A stretch of DNA of 64,000 bases from Camelus ferus (lineage: Eukaryota). The stretch is taken from assembly GCF_009834535.1 (NCBI RefSeq), contig NC_045696.1, positions 4,218,001 to 4,282,000 of the forward strand, read 5' to 3'. The stretch's first letter is position 1; every line of letters begins with the position of its first letter. The translations under genes were made by a program, and so were the position numbers. Under the pieces are notes generated by a model. The model searched no databases. It saw only the letters and a program-made list of their open reading frames with translations, and was not told where the DNA came from. Below are positions 62,640-64,000 of the stretch, one piece after another.

Positions 62640-63775
62640 TATTTAAAAAACAAAATAAAAAAACTATTCCTTGCTGTGTTGACCAAAAAAGACCTAGAAA
62701 AGATGAGCATCCCTCATGCCCAAATTATGGTTTCTAAATACCCTTCCCTCTGCGCCCAGCCTCCTTGGAGAAGGCTGCTTCCAGGCGTGGAGCAGAAACT
62801 GAACAAGATGACCCTGGGGCAGCCCATCATATCAGAAAGCGAGGATATTGTCAAAGACTCCCGAGGTCCTGTCAAGATCTGGGGCAAGGCTGCAACAATT
62901 TAAACACCATTAAAAGTAGTCACTGCAGTGGCTCAGACACGGCAATGATATTGAAACCTATTTCTTCATAATGTTCTTTTTAAAAGTACATTGATTATCT
63001 TCAAAGAATGCTAAGGAACCCAACTCATTATTTTTAAAAACTGGCAGAGAAAGGAAAAGAATCAAGCATTTATTATCATGACTTTCTTGTACAAACCATC
63101 CCTCAATAGACTCAAATAATTGATGAAGGGAAATTTCCCTTTGTGGAAATTTTGCAGCTAATAAATGAAGGAATGATGGAATTAGACTGTTACCATTTTG
63201 CAGCCCCTAATGAGTTAATGGAGCTGGGCATTGAGCACTCGTGGCTGGTAATGCCACCTGACATTCTGTGCCTCCTGATGGAAGACCACAGTGCTATCTG
63301 TGAAATGTTCTTGTGAAAAAAATCATATCTGAACCTAATTAAGTCTCTACATCCTGAGTGCCAAATCTGGCCTGCTGCCAGTTTTTGTAAATGAAGCTTT
63401 GTTGAAACACAGCCACGCCTGCTTGTTTAAGTAGCTGCAACAGAGACTGACCATCAAAACCTGAGACATTTACTGCCTAACCTTTATGGACAAAATCTGC
63501 CAACCCTGCTCTAGACCATGAGTCCCAAGACCCGTATCAATCAATCATGATTTAAGGACCTTATTTGGATCCCTATTTGAGTATATTTAAAAAGTTACTG
63601 GCGAGATGATTAGAGAAATTTGAACACTAGTTGGATGATGTGATGGAATTATTGTTAATATTTTAGATGTAATAATGGTGTTGAGTGTGTGTGTGTAAGA
63701 GTTCTCTATAGAGACATATTGCTACAATGTTTATGAGTGAAATAAGATTTGTTTCAAAATAATATGGGTTGGCTG
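62640..63775 (+). mobile_element. Old L1MC-type 3' region interrupted by a MER58 element
   Basis: Resembles an L1MC 3' end (gaccttatttggatcc...agagaaatttgaacac...ttttagatgtaataatgg). Confidence 0.55.
63353..63508 (-). mobile_element. MER58-like hAT element
   Basis: gccaaatctggcctgctgccagtttttgtaaatgaagc...cacagccacgcc; flanks CTCTACAT/CTCTAGAC fit a hAT TSD. Confidence 0.78.
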
Positions 63776-64000
63776 GGAACATGCCAGGCAGTGTTCTCAG
63801 TGAAATGTATGACCCTAATACTAACCCTATCAGCAGGCACTACTATTATTCCCATTTTACAGATGCACAGATTCAAAAGCTGAGGTCTGGTTTCGGAGTC
63901 TGTGCTTTTCACCCCAGGGCTTGGGTCAGCCCCTTGATGTGACCTTTCTAAAGATCACAGGATGGTCAAGTTGGGGAGGACCTCCCGAAGAACACCTGGC

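Overview
Mammalian genomic DNA, probably camelid: two tRNA-derived SINEs resemble the Tylopoda vic-1 family as I recall it. The window holds most of BACE2 (beta-secretase 2, a pepsin-family aspartic protease) on the minus strand: the CpG-island promoter and 5'UTR (~57.5-59.3 kb) plus coding exons 1-7 (58599-58300, 25264-25176, 16059-15843, 12705-12577, 11415-11281, 9318-9217, 4730-4581). All junctions are GT-AG. The exons join into an uninterrupted 374-codon frame with both catalytic motifs (DTGS, DSGT). Exons 8-9 are not visible and presumably lie left of position 1. The rest is intron and upstream DNA full of old and lineage-specific transposon relics (L1, L2, MIR, MaLR/ERVL LTRs, hAT and Tigger elements), several nested or with readable target-site duplications (TSDs). 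Nearly all listed ORFs are non-coding noise. I find no convincing new biological system. The best leads are an A-rich, atypical acceptor on the catalytic exon 2 with a UG-rich tract nearby, a GC-box minisatellite in intron 6, repeated MITF/TFE-type E-boxes, a stop-free in-frame 5' extension, and a possible diverged counterpart of human MIR3197. Repeat family names come from memory of consensus sequences, not from a search, and repeat boundaries are approximate unless TSDs are given.
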